A DNA stretch of 64,000 nucleotides from Macrostomum lignano (Eukaryota), in assembly GCA_002269645.1 (NCBI GenBank), contig NIVC01003946.1, forward strand, positions 4,301 to 68,300, written 5' to 3'. Within the stretch, counting starts at the first letter, position 1. Each line of letters starts with the position of its first letter. Shown piece after piece: positions 1 through 13,500 of the stretch. The position numbers were made by a program, and so were the translations under genes. The notes beneath the pieces are model-generated. The model was not told the DNA's origin and did no database searches. It saw only the letters and a list, made by a program, of their open reading frames with translations.

Positions 1-3000
1 ACAACTCAGTGCTGACTGCAGAACTGGCGGCGGTCGGCATGCCCTCCGACACGAGTGGAACTGCAAGTGGCGACAAGTGGCGATTGCTAAGCAAGCTCTA
101 ATCTATGCGAAAAAATCCATACGCAAAGCACTCACAGACGTCCCAGCCGAAGACCTCGACCTCGCACAGGTTCATGATCAGCTGATTGGAAGCCAGACCC
201 GTGACGTTCTTCTGCAGCACGATGAACCGTCCAACGAGCAGGATGTCCGAAAACGGTACTACCTGAGGACTCAGACTCGCCGGACCAGCGTAGTAATTCA
301 CCTGTGCGAACTGGCTCGGCGACCAGGTGACCCACGACTGCGGATCCGATCCCACACCGAGAGTCACCTGTCGGAACCGAGTGTAGCAGCAGTCCTGACG
401 GTTGTACACGTCCACTCGGTCGATGAGGAAGTCGCGCAGCAGGTCGATCATGAACCAGGGCGTCGGGTCGGAAGCGAAGGTCTCAGCGCACGAGCCGGAG
501 CTCCATCTTCCATTGTGGTTTCCGTCCACCAGGGAGGACGCGTACAGCCCGGCGTAGTTGATGGTGGAGAAGCGGGCCGGCTGGCCGCGAGACCGCAGGG
601 ACGAAGCGGCTGAAAAAGCAGAGCTTTCAGAAAGTTAAACAACAATGACAGCTCACAGCTCCACAGAGGAGGTCCTCAGCCGACTCACCAGTGCTGCAGT
701 TCACGGTGAAGCTCAGCTCGGCCGCTGTCAGTCCCACAGCCGACCCGCCTGCCTCAGTGGAGTTCGGCGACAAAAGTCCGACGAAAATCCCCGGCCGCAG
801 GACGCTCTCAAAGCTGACACCGCCGTCTGCTCCGGACAGTCGAGTCCGAAAGCTGGCCGCAGTCAGCTGTGCCGCCGATGTGAGCGGAGTCGCGTCGAGT
901 CTCGAGCCGTTGCCGGCCGTCAGGAACAGAGTCGGAGCGCCGTCGGACAACAGGAGAGCCAGAGTGTCCGGCCGAGCTGGCAGGAGGTTCACCGCTTCGA
1001 ACATCGCCGATCGGACGCACGGAGCGGCACCGAGGGTCGCGGAAGCGACGAGGCTTTCGGTGGAGGCGTCGAGACAGAGTTGAGCAGCTGGAGTCAGCTG
1101 AGCAGCGAGACTGAGCTGCTCATTGGGACACAGCGGTAGACCTGCATTCCAAGTTGATGGGCTTTCAGTCAGAGTAAATTATTATGCTAATCTATTTGTG
1201 AAAATTTTACGATAGACTGGTGCTTGTAAAAGTGTGTGAATGGGCCTTTCGCTTGGCGTGCGATGCACCCCCATCTGCACAGAGTGAATTTATGATTTAT
1301 GGTGATAGGAAAGTCAGGGCTGTCGTATGCACTGCAGTTAGCTAGCTCAATTTCTACAAATGCAACCAAAATACAAAAATCTGGCGAACTTTTTTAGGCA
1401 CTGGCATACAAAAAAATTCGCCTGGAACCGAGCAAGGAAGATGGGGCCCGGTTCCTCCGCGGGGGGCTCGGCAGGGTCACAGGCACGTAGCAAAGCAGCA
1501 ACAACAATCGCAGCGATTTTCTTTGAATTAAAAACTAGAGGCCGATTGTCGTTTCGAGCAGAGCAGCCCCCCCCCCTATTCATTTGATGCAGCCAGCATG
1601 ACTAGCAATTTTTCTGATGGATTGCACGGTACACAGAGATGGCTGATCAATTCAATAGAAATATCTTCCCTTCTGGGAAACTACTCTAAATTCCAAGCGC
1701 ATGCAGTTCATTGTTAGCAGACTGGTTGCCTTCTGACGTAAGGTTGTTGAGTAATGAGCAGTGGAGAATAATATAACGAATTCAAGGCCATTATAGCCCT
1801 TGTTTCTTCTTTAGTAAAGAAGAGGCTGTGTGACTACCAATTAGTGTTAGACTGGGGTTCGTGTCAGAGTGGTAAAGCTGCTTGATAGCTTAGGTAGTCT
1901 TGACTGTGTCTAGATCTATATGTGATCTATAGATCTAGATCTATATCTATATCTGAGGTCTATGCTACAGAGTGGCAAGGTGCTGATTAGGTCTGAGTGA
2001 TTACCTATGCCTGAGGGAGTAGGTCTATGTCACAGAGTGGTAAGGTGCTGATTAGGTCTGAGTGATTACCTATGCCTGAGGGAGTAGGTCTATGTCACAG
2101 AGTGGTAAGGTGCTGATTAGGTCTGAGTGATTACCTATGCCTGAGGGAGTAGGTCTATGTCACAGAGTGGTAAGGTGCTGATTAGGTCTGGGTGATTACC
2201 TATGCCTGAGGGAGTGGGTCTATGCTACAGAGTGGTAAGGTGCTGATTAGGTCTGAGTGATTACCTATGCCTGAGGGAGTGGGTCTATGCTACAGAGTGG
2301 TAAGGTGCTGATTAGGTCTGAGTGATTATCTATGCCTGAGGGAGTAGGTCTATGTCACAGAGTGGCAAGGTGCTGATTTGGTCTGAGTGATTACCTATGC
2401 CTGAGGGAGTAGGTCTATGTCACAGAGTGGTAAGGTGCTGATTAGGTCTGAGTGATTATCTATGCCTGAGGGAGTAGGTCTATGTCACAGAGTGGCAAGG
2501 TGCTGATTTGGTCTGAGTGATTACCTATGCCTGAGGGAGTAGGTCTATGTCACAGAGTGGTAAGGTGCTGATTTTTTTTTTTTTTTTTTTTAGAGGCAGG
2601 GGGGTTGTGTGCACCCTGGCGCACTTTAATAAGCGACATGGGCACACAACCGGCGAGAGGCATTGCTGCCCATTCCGCCGACTCCCCTGAGCAGGCATAC
2701 AAGCGCGCGGATACGTACGCAGGCACACACTCACACAGGAGTGTACAGCGGCCCTAACTTTATATTATCGTTAGGCATGTACACTTCACTGCGCCTTGGG
2801 GGGTTGGCTCTCAAGGCCGTTAATTGCACGAGCAGAGCCAAGCCGAGATTCCAATTCAGCCCCAAATTAATGTGACTGCACTTGGAATCGAGCCTGGGTC
2901 GCTGGCACACCAGAGCAGCTGCGCTACCGCTGGGCTACGGCCCCCCTAAGGTGCTGATTAGGTCTGAGTGATTATCTATGCCTGAGGGAGTAGGTCTATG

Positions 3001-3298
3001 TCACAGAGTGGTAAGGTGCTGATTAGGTCTGAGTGATTACCTATGCCTGAGGGAGTGGGTCTATGCTACAGTGTGGTAAGGTGCTGATTAGGTCTGAGTG
3101 ATTACCTATGCCTGAGGGAGTTGGTCTATGCTACAGAGTGGTAAGGTGCTGATTAGGTCTGGGTGACTACTTGTAACTTCGATACGCAGTTCCGTTGATT
3201 GCAATAAACCCAAAAAGACAGGCAACAGTCTCACCTGAACAAAAGTCTGGAAGCTGAATTGCAGCCGAAAGAGCCATCAAGAGGGCGAGAGGCCTCAT
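1..3298 (-). CDS. Secreted lectin: signal peptide + AbfB-like (beta-trefoil) module + F-type lectin (fucolectin/FTP) domain(s); runs off the window start
   Basis: Exons 3298-3235 (MRPLALLMALSAAIQLPDFCS, G|gtgaga), 1141-689 (…ASFRTRLSGADGGVSFESVLRPGIFV), 609-136 (RGQPARFST…SLVDGNHNG…SCAET…PWFMIDL…YNRQDCCYTRF…NLCEVEVFG) and 60-<1 (FPLVSEGMPTAASS, the likely start of another F-type lectin domain). All introns are GT-AG and phase 1, and the frame is continuous. Confidence 0.8.
1968..3165. repeat. 65-bp minisatellite in lectin intron 1, interrupted by a SINE
   Basis: Unit agagtggtaaggtgctgattaggtctgagtgattacctatgcctgagggagtaggtctatgtcac; TAAGG recurs at 2041, 2106 and 2171. Confidence 0.95.
2574..2946 (-). 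mobile_element. tRNA-derived SINE, full length, with poly(A) tail and ~13-bp TSD
   Basis: The minus strand starts GGGGGGCCGTAGCCCAGCGG (A box TAGCCCAGCGG) followed by GGCTCGATTCC (B-box-like), and ends in a ~20-nt A tail. TAAGGTGCTGATT is duplicated at 2561-2573 and 2947-2959. Confidence 0.85.
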
Positions 3299-3529
3299 CG
3301 TTTTGTCCTCGGTGTTGCAAAGCAATGCAGTGACAATCTTGAGCAGCAGTTTGGAACCCAAGAAGATGGAGAAAGAAATGAGCAGACAAGTTGTCTGCGA
3401 AGTCACAGATCATCAGCATATACAGGTCTCTACCTGGAGCCTGATTGGCTTGAAGCAATTTGCCCAGCCACATGTGAATGAGCCTTCACTTGCCCCGTTA
3501 ATGTTCACCTAAATGATTCAGATCTTAAC

Positions 3530-4900
3530 GGCTAGCTGTATCTGATCTATAAGGCCTCTCTACCATTGTGTCTGATCTATAAGACCACTTTACCATTGTG
3601 TCTGATCTATAAGGCCTCTCCATCATTGTGTCTTATCTATAAGGCCTCTCTACCATTGTGTCTGATCTATAAGGCCATTCTAGCATTGTTCGACCACTCT
3701 AACACTGTTTCGGATCTATAAGGCCATTATAAACACTGTGTCTGATCTATAAGACCACTCTACCATTGTGTCTGATCTATAAGGCCTCTCTACCATTGTG
3801 TCTGATCTATAAGGCTACTTTACCATTGTGTCTGATCTATAAGACCACTCTAACACTGTTTCGGATCTATAAGGCCACTATAAACACTGTGTCTGATCTA
3901 TAAGACCACTCTACCATTGTGTCTGATCTATAAGGCCATTCTAGCATTGTTCGACCACTCTAACACTGTTTCGGATCTATAAGGCCATTATAAACACTGT
4001 GTCTGATCTATAAGACCACTCTACCATTGTGTCTGATCTATAAGGCCTCTCTACCATTGTGTCTGATCTATAAGGCTACTTTACCATTGTGTCTGATCTA
4101 TAAGACCACTCTAACACTGTGTCTGATCTATAAGGCCATTCTACCATTGTGTCTGATCTATAAGGCCTCTCTACCACTGTGTCTGATGTATAAGGCCATT
4201 CTACCATTGTGTCTGATCTGTAAGGCCTCTTTACCACTGTGTCTGATGTATAAGGCCATTCTATCACTGTGTCTGATCTATAAGGCCATTTTACCATTGT
4301 GTCTGATCAATAAGGCCTCTTCATCGTTGTGTCTGATCTATAAGGCCTCTCCATCATTGTGTCTGATCTATAAGGCCGCTCTACCATTGATCTGATGTAT
4401 AAGGCCATTCTATCATTGTGTTTGATCTATAAGGCCATTCTATCATTGTGTCTGATCTATAAGGCCTCTCTACCACTGTGTCTGATGTATAAGGCCATTC
4501 TATCATTGTGTCTGATCTATAAGGCTACTTTACCATTGTGTCTGATCTATAAGGCCTCTCTACCACTGTGTCTGATGTATAAGGCCATTCTATCCCTGTG
4601 TCTGATCTATAAGGCCATTCTATCATTGTGTCTGATCTATAAGTCAACTCTACCATTGTGTATGATCTATAAGGCAACTCTACCATTGTGTCTGATCTAT
4701 AAGGCCACTCTACCATTGTGTCTGATGTATAAGGCCATTCTATCACTGTGTCTGATCTATAAGGCCATTCTATCATTGTGTCTGATCTATAAGGCCTCTC
4801 TACCACTGTGTCTGATCTATAAGGCCAGTCTACCACTGTGTCTGATCTATAAGGCCATTCTATCACTGTGTCTGATCTATAAGGCCATTCTACCATTCTG
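3530..4900. repeat. 30-bp minisatellite between the divergent lectin and kinase genes
   Basis: Unit ~tctaccattgtgtctgatctataaggcctc. The CLIYKA-repeat ORFs here are artefacts. Confidence 0.95.
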
Positions 4901-5717
4901 TCTTATGTTAATAGCTGCAATTTTCATATAGACTAGTTCTGCTTGCATTGCACTTTTATTACTGTCGTGCCATATTTTCTAATCAGCCACTACCCGAGAC
5001 AGATATGCTCTCTATCCTTCCATCCATGGACTACTTAGCGGAGCATCTGGACTGGCCAAAAAACAAGAAAATTTGGCGAAAAAATGCTTCAAATATTTTC
5101 GTAACGAGTTTCTCCTCTCGTTATTAGAAAAATTCAAACTAAAAATCTCAGTCCAGATTTCCCATAGTAGTAGTCCATGATCCCAAGTGTCTTTGTAAGT
5201 AGCAACTGGACTAGAAGGCGATCGAAAACTCCCCTAAGTTCTCTAACTTTGTCTTACCCTAATCGGGCCTTCTGGTCCGTTGTACCCACAGTGCTGTGCT
5301 GCACTTGCTCGATCCAGCTCTAACCCCCCCCCGCTGCGAACCAGAGCCCTTCAACCTATCCGAGGCGGGGGGAGGGCATCTAGTCTTCACAGGCCAGTTT
5401 CCAACCAGCTTCATCTGCTCAGTTGCCGTCTGCCCTGCAAACTGGCTCAAGCAGTGCCTCGCCTGCAGCAAGCACACTATTGATTGATACCCTAAGCTTC
5501 TCGCTTCTTTGATTAACGTTAATTCTGCTCCTAAAAGAAGATCTTCAGACAAAGTGAGGCTTTTCTATACCTGTGTATTTTAAACATCCCAATCCTAAAT
5601 CCCAATTTAAAATCCCAATCTGAAATCCCAATCTGAAATCCCAATCTAAAATCCCAATCTGAAATCCCAATCTGAAATCTCCTTCATCCAGTCTCTCCTT
5701 CATCCTGAGCGCTCCAG

Positions 5718-5876
5718 AATCAGCCGCCGCATCATTCGGTGAAGGAGCCGCATGGGTTCGGCGCCATGGGCAGGCGGATTCGGCGAATTGGCCGATACCT
5801 GCTGAGCGGCTGCACCCTGGGGCGCGGCGGCTTCGCTCGAGTGGAACTGGCGGTTCACGAGGTCACTCAGTGCGAG
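5718..5876 (+). CDS. HUNK-like Ser/Thr kinase exon 1 (Gly-rich loop), plus strand
   Basis: ATG at 5766: MGRRIRRIGRYLLSGCTLGRGGFARVELAVHEVTQCE|gtaacc, phase 0. It is also open from an acceptor at 5717 (ctccag|). Not listed in the supplied ORF track. Confidence 0.85.
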
Positions 5877-5880
5877 GTAA

Positions 5881-7520
5881 CCTAGATCCAAGATCCTAGA
5901 TCCCAGATCCTAGATCCCAGATCCTAGATCCCAGATCCTAGATCCCAGATCCTAGATCCCAGATCCTAGATCCCAGATCCTAGATCCCAGATCCTAGATC
6001 CCAGATCCTAGATCCCAGATCCTAGATCCCAGATCCTAGATCCCAGATCCTAGATCCCAGATCCTAGATCCCAGATCCTAGATCCCAGATCCTAGATCCC
6101 AGATCCTAGATCCCAGATCCTAGATCCCAGATCCTAGATCCCAGATCCTAGATCCCAGATCCTAGATCCCAGATCCTAGATCCCAGATCCTAGATCCCAG
6201 ATCCTAGATCCCAGATCCTAGATCCCAGATCCTAGATCCCAGATCCTAGATCCCAGATCCTAGATCCCAGATCCTAGATCCCAGATCCTAGATCCCAGAT
6301 CCTAGATCCCAGATCCTAGATCCCAGATCCTAGATCCCAGATCCTAGATCCCAGATCCTAGATCCCAGATCCTAGATCCCAGATCCTAGATCCCAGATCC
6401 TAGATCCCAGATCCTAGATCCCAGATCCTAGATCCCAGATCCTAGATCCCAGATCCTAGATCCCAGATCCTAGATCCCAGATCCTAGATCCCAGATCCTA
6501 GATCCCAGATCCTAGATCCCAGATCCTAGATCCCAGATCCTAGATCCCAGATCCTAGATCCCAGATCCTAGATCCCAGATCCTAGATCCCAGATCCTAGA
6601 TCCCAGATCCTAGATCCCAGATCCTAGATCCCAGATCCTAGATCCCAGATCCTAGATCCCAGATCCTAGATCCCAGATCCTAGATCCCAGATCCTAGATC
6701 CCAGATCCTAGATCCCAGATCCTAGATCCCAGATCCTAGATCCCAGATCCTAGATCCCAGATCCTAGATCCCAGATCCTAGATCCCAGATCCTAGATCCC
6801 AGATCCTAGATCCCAGATCCTAGATCCCAGATCCTAGATCCCAGATCCTAGATCCCAGATCCTAGATCCCAGATCCTAGATCCCAGATCCTAGATCCCAG
6901 ATCCTAGATCCCAGATCCTAGATCCCAGATCCTAGATCCCAGATCCTAGATCCCAGATCCTAGATCCCAGATCCTAGATCCCAGATCCTAGATCCCAGAT
7001 CCTAGATCCCAGATCCTAGATCCCAGATCCTAGATCCCAGATCCTAGATCCCAGATCCTAGATCCCAGATCCTAGATCCCAGATCCTAGATCCCAGATCC
7101 TAGATCCCAGATCCTAGATCCCAGATCCTAGATCCCAGATCCTAGATCCCAGATCCTAGATCCCAGATCCTAGATCCCAGATCCTAGATCCCAGATCCTA
7201 GATCCCAGATCCTAGATCCCAGATCCTAGATCCCAGATCCTAGATCCCAGATCCTAGATCCCAGATCCTAGATCCCAGATCCTAGATCCCAGATCCTAGA
7301 TCCCAGATCCTAGATCCCAGATCCTAGATCCCAGATCCTAGATCCCAGATCCTAGATCCCAGATCCTAGATCCCAGATCCTAGATCCCAGATCCTAGATC
7401 CCAGATCCTAGATCCCAGATCCTAGATCCCAGATCCTAGATCCCAGATCCTAGATCCCAGATCCTAGATCCCAGATCCTAGATCCCAGATCCTAGATCCC
7501 AGATCCTAGATCCCAGATCC
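5881..7520 (+). repeat. 14-bp satellite array A, (TAGATCCCAGATCC)n, ~117 copies
   Basis: Near-perfect tandem array. It starts 4 nt after the exon-1 donor and ends next to the exon-5 donor on the minus strand. Confidence 0.98.
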
Positions 7521-7536
7521 CAGATCCCAATCCCAC

Positions 7537-9190
<1,654 letters not shown>

Positions 9191-9249
9191 CTGGCGACGA
9201 AAGAATCAGAGTTATAAAATTGTGTAAACAATTCGCTATGAAAATAGGG

Positions 9250-9582
9250 TGGGTTGCTAATCTAGCCAGCATCACTGATGAAGGAATAGAATGGATTGCT
9301 AATCTAGCCAACATCACTGATGAAGGAATAGAATGGATTGCCAATCTAGCCAGCATCACTGATGAAGGGATAGAATGGATTGCTAATCTAGCCAACATCA
9401 CTGATGCAGGAATAGAATGGATTGCTAATCTAGCCAACATCACTGATGAAGGAATAGAATGGATTGCTAATCTAGCCAGCATCACTGATGAAGGAATAGA
9501 ATGGATTGCTAATCTAGCCAGCATCACAGATGAAGGAATAGAATGGATTGCTAATCTAGCCAACATCACTGATGAAGGAATA
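9250..9582. repeat. 42-bp minisatellite (copy 1)
   Basis: Unit gaatggattgctaatctagccagcatcactgatgaaggaata. The same unit occurs at ~10725-10800 and 18715-19007. Confidence 0.95.
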
Positions 9583-10001
9583 CGACTAGAACGTACTGTA
9601 AACTTTTCAGTTGAGTTTTCATAGGGAACAGCAAAAGTACATCAGCCCACTCGTCGCGAGCAGTCCAGAGACGGCTCTCTTTTTGTCGGCTCTCTCAGAA
9701 GAACAGAATATTTCCCAACAGAAATGTTACAGAGACAAGAAGATTAGTAACATCCGGTGTCGAACACGATCCCATCTGATTTCCCCAGGGTCACAGGGGG
9801 TTGCTCAGAATAGAGGAGTTGACTGCTGCTAATGGACTGCCCGATCGCGGGCAATTTTTAAAACTGCGTTTATTCCCTAAAACCAATCCGATGCCTCCAC
9901 AGGGTAAATGTTCGGCAAATAAATATCAAAAGCGGCCAGGAAAAGCAAATATTTGCTTAAATCCCAGGTCCAACTAGAGAGCCGGAGTCTCATATTATTT
10001 A

Positions 10002-10479
10002 ATCTAGGATCCGGGATCTGGGATCTAGGATCTGGGATCTAGGATCTGGGATCTAGGATCTGGGATCTAGGATCTGGGATCTAGGATCTGGGATCTAGGA
10101 TCTGGGATCTAGGATCTGGGATCTAGGATCTGGGATCTAGGATCTGGGATCTAGGATCTGGGATCTAGGATCTGGGATCTAGGATCTGGGATCTAGGATC
10201 TGGGATCTAGGATCTGGGATCTAGGATCTGGGATCTAGGATCTGGGATCTAGGATCTGGGATCTAGGATCTGGGATCTAGGATCTGGGATCTAGGATCTG
10301 GGATCTAGGATCTGGGATCTAGGATCTGGGATCTAGGATCTGGGATCTAGGATCTGGGATCTAGGATCTGGGATCTAGGATCTGGGATCTAGGATCTGGG
10401 ATCTAGGATCTGGGATCTAGGATCTGGGATCTAGGATCTGGGATCTAGGATCTGGGATCTAGGATCTGGGATCTAGGAT
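10002..10479 (-). repeat. 14-bp satellite array B, (GGATCTGGGATCTA)n, ~34 copies; reverse complement of array A
   Basis: GGATCTGGGATCTA is the exact reverse complement of TAGATCCCAGATCC. The array ends ~35 nt before the exon-6 acceptor. Confidence 0.98.
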
Positions 10480-10513
10480 TAAAGACAAAATATAACCCCC
10501 TGGTATCGCCAAG

Positions 10514-13500
10514 GATGCCGTCAGTTACTGCACGGCCTCCTCGAGACAGATCCGGTCAAGCGGCTTCGAGTGTCCGCAGTCGGACAACTGTGCGGAAATT
10601 CAAATCGATGGCCGATGCTTCAAAGTCGGACGGCCAAAGATGAACAATCAGCTTCGAGGTTGGAAGCTACATCGTTCGTGGTAGGTTGGTGTTTGGTTTG
10701 CCCTGTGTACATAATTATTCTTGCTAATTGGTGCATTGGATTGCTAATCTATTCGCAACCAACATCACGGATAAAGGAATAGAATGGATTGCTATTCTAC
10801 CGATCACGAGTTAACAACAACCGATATATTTGTAGTTTCTAATAGGTAAACAGGTTCAGTTCTGATACGAAAAATGTCTTACCTTACAGGAATATTCAAG
10901 GCTAAACCGGAAAACTGACTTAACATCTCAGGTAATCAGCATTCTTAACAAATATTCATTTTCTCTTTCTTGAACATTTTTTGTAAGTAGAAGTAAAGTG
11001 TGACCTGTGAGTTACTGTAGAATGTGACCAGTGAGTGACTGTAGAATGTGACCTGTGAGTTACTGTAGAATGTGACCAGTGAGTGACTGTAGAATATGAC
11101 CTGTGAGTGACTGTAGAATGTGACCTGTGAGTGACTGTAGAATGTGACCTGTAAGTGACTGTAGAATGTGACCTGTGAGTTACTGTAGAATGTGACCAGT
11201 GAGTGACTGTAGAATGTGACCTGTGAGTGACTGTAGAATGTGACCTGTGAGTGACTGTAGAATGTGACCTGTGAGTGACTGTAGAATGTGACCTGTGAGT
11301 GACTGTAGAATGTGACCTGTGAGTGACTGTAGAATGTGACTTTGACCAGTGAGTGACTGTAGAATGTGACTTGTGAGTGACTGTAGAATGTGACCAGTGA
11401 GTGACTGTAGAATGTGACCTGTGAGTGACTGTAGAATGTGACCTGTGAGTGACTGTAGAATGTGACCTGTGAGTGACTGTAGAATGTGACCTGTGAGTGA
11501 CTGTAGAATGTGACCTGTGAGTGACTGTAGAATGTGACCTGTGAGTGACTGTAGAATGTGACCTGTGAGTGACTGTAGAATGTGACTTTGACCAGTGAGT
11601 GACTGTAGAATGTGACTTGTGAGTGACTGTAGAGTGTGACCTGTGAGTGACTGTAGAATGTGACCTGTTAGTGACTGTAGAATGTGACCTGTGAGTGACT
11701 GTAGAATGTGACCTGTGAGTGACTGTAGAATGTGACCTGTTAGTGACTGTAGAATGTGACCTGTGAGTGACTGTAGAATGTGACCTGTGAGTGACTGTAG
11801 AATGCGACCTGTGAGTGACTGTAGAATGTGACCTGTTAGTGACTGTAGAATGTGACATGTTAGTGACTGTAGAATGTGACCTGTGAGTTACTGTAGAATG
11901 TGACCTGTGAGTGACTGTAGAATGTGACCTTTGAGTGACTGTAGAATGTGACCTGTGAGTGACTGTAGAATGTGACCTGTTAGTGACTGTAGAATGTGAC
12001 CTGTGAGTGACTGTAGAATGTGACCTGTTAGTGACTGTAGAATGTGACCTGTTAGTGACTGTAGAATGTGACCAGTGAGTGACTGTAGAATGTGACCTGT
12101 GAGTGACTGTAGAATGTGACCTGTGAGTGACTGTAGAATGTGACCTGTGAGTGACTGTAGAATGTGACCTGTAATATATATAATATTAACGCATCGGAGT
12201 GGCGGGGCGTACGGGCGCGAAATGGGGTGGTGGGCACACAAGATGTACAGTCAATAATTCAATAGTCATTTAGTTAGTCATTCAGTCACAAGTGCAGCGG
12301 CAGACTCCAGCGCTGCCTCATCTCCCCCTTCGAAATGGGTCGGGGGCACGCCTGGGGTTGACCGAACCGGGTAGCGAGGTGCTGCTGTTTGAATTGGGCT
12401 TTGTTCGGATCCAACGAACGGGTCCTGACCGAGTTCTCCGGGCGGATCCTGACCGAGTTCGCCGGGCGGGTCCTGACTGAGTCCTCCGGGCGGGTCCTGA
12501 CTGAGTCCTCCGGGCGGGTCCTGACCGAGTCCTCCGGGCGGGTCCTGACCGAGTTCTCCGGGCGGGTCCTGACTGAGTCCTCCGGGCGGGTCCTGACCGA
12601 GTCCTCCGGGCGGGTCCTGACCGAGTCCGCCGGGCGGGTCCTGACCGAGTCCGCCGGGCGGGTCCTGACCGAGTCCGCCGGGCGGGTCCTGACCGAGTTC
12701 GATTGGTAGATTCTGACCGAATTGTTCTGGCTGGTCCTGGTCTGCTACAACGCGGCTCAGCTGATCCGCATGCGCCGCATCCGCATCCGCATGCGTCTTG
12801 ACGAGCGATAAGGGCAGTGTTGGTGCTCCTGACGCTGCTGATCTCCAGGCGTGTACCACAGGCTCGCTCTGATTGGTGTGCGCATGGTTATCGGGTTGCG
12901 TAGTTGTCGACCCATGAGCTGCGACGGGCTCTGCTGGCGCCCAGCATGCGGCACACACCTGTAGTTTAGCAGTACCCTGGATAGGAAGGACTCGTAGCTT
13001 TCGGACTGGTCCCACGCCGCAGATGATTTCTTGATAGACTGGACCATCCGCTCGGCCAAGCCGTTAGACTGAGGGTGCCGCAAGGGAGTCTTGATGGAGC
13101 GGCAGCCGATTCTTTCCAGCCAGGCGACCAGATTGGCGTCGTGGAACTCGGCGGCGTTGTCACTAACAAGCACTTGAGGCACGCCGTTTCTAGCAAAGAT
13201 CTCCTGCAACACCCGCTTGACTGTCGCCGCGTCCCTATTTTGCAGCCTCAGGCCAGCCGGACATAGCGTCCAGGAGTCCGACCCTCGGCACGCATGCATG
13301 ATCCATGTGGACTCTGTACCACGGCTTTTCCTCGTCGGGCCAACTGTGGACACTCTCCAGACCACTCGGACGCAGTCTTGAGCAGGTCGGACAACCTCGA
13401 ACGTAGGCCTCGACGTCGTTGCAATAGCCGGGCCACCGGGCTGAATTCTGTAGGCGAGCGCGCGTTGAGCCAGATCCTTGATGCGTGTCGTGCATGATTC

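Noticed and set aside
77-1139. Plus-strand ORFs 77-613 and 645-1139
   Set aside because: They are antisense shadows of the GC-rich lectin exons.
5700-5891. Minus-strand ORF GYLALSDLVNRQF… as the kinase exon after exon 5
   Set aside because: It has no kinase subdomain XI. It is the antisense of plus-strand exon 1, and the true next exon is 10514-10680.
9611-9832. Plus-strand ORF as a terminal exon
   Set aside because: No recognisable homology; it falls in kinase intron 1 once the segment is re-inverted.
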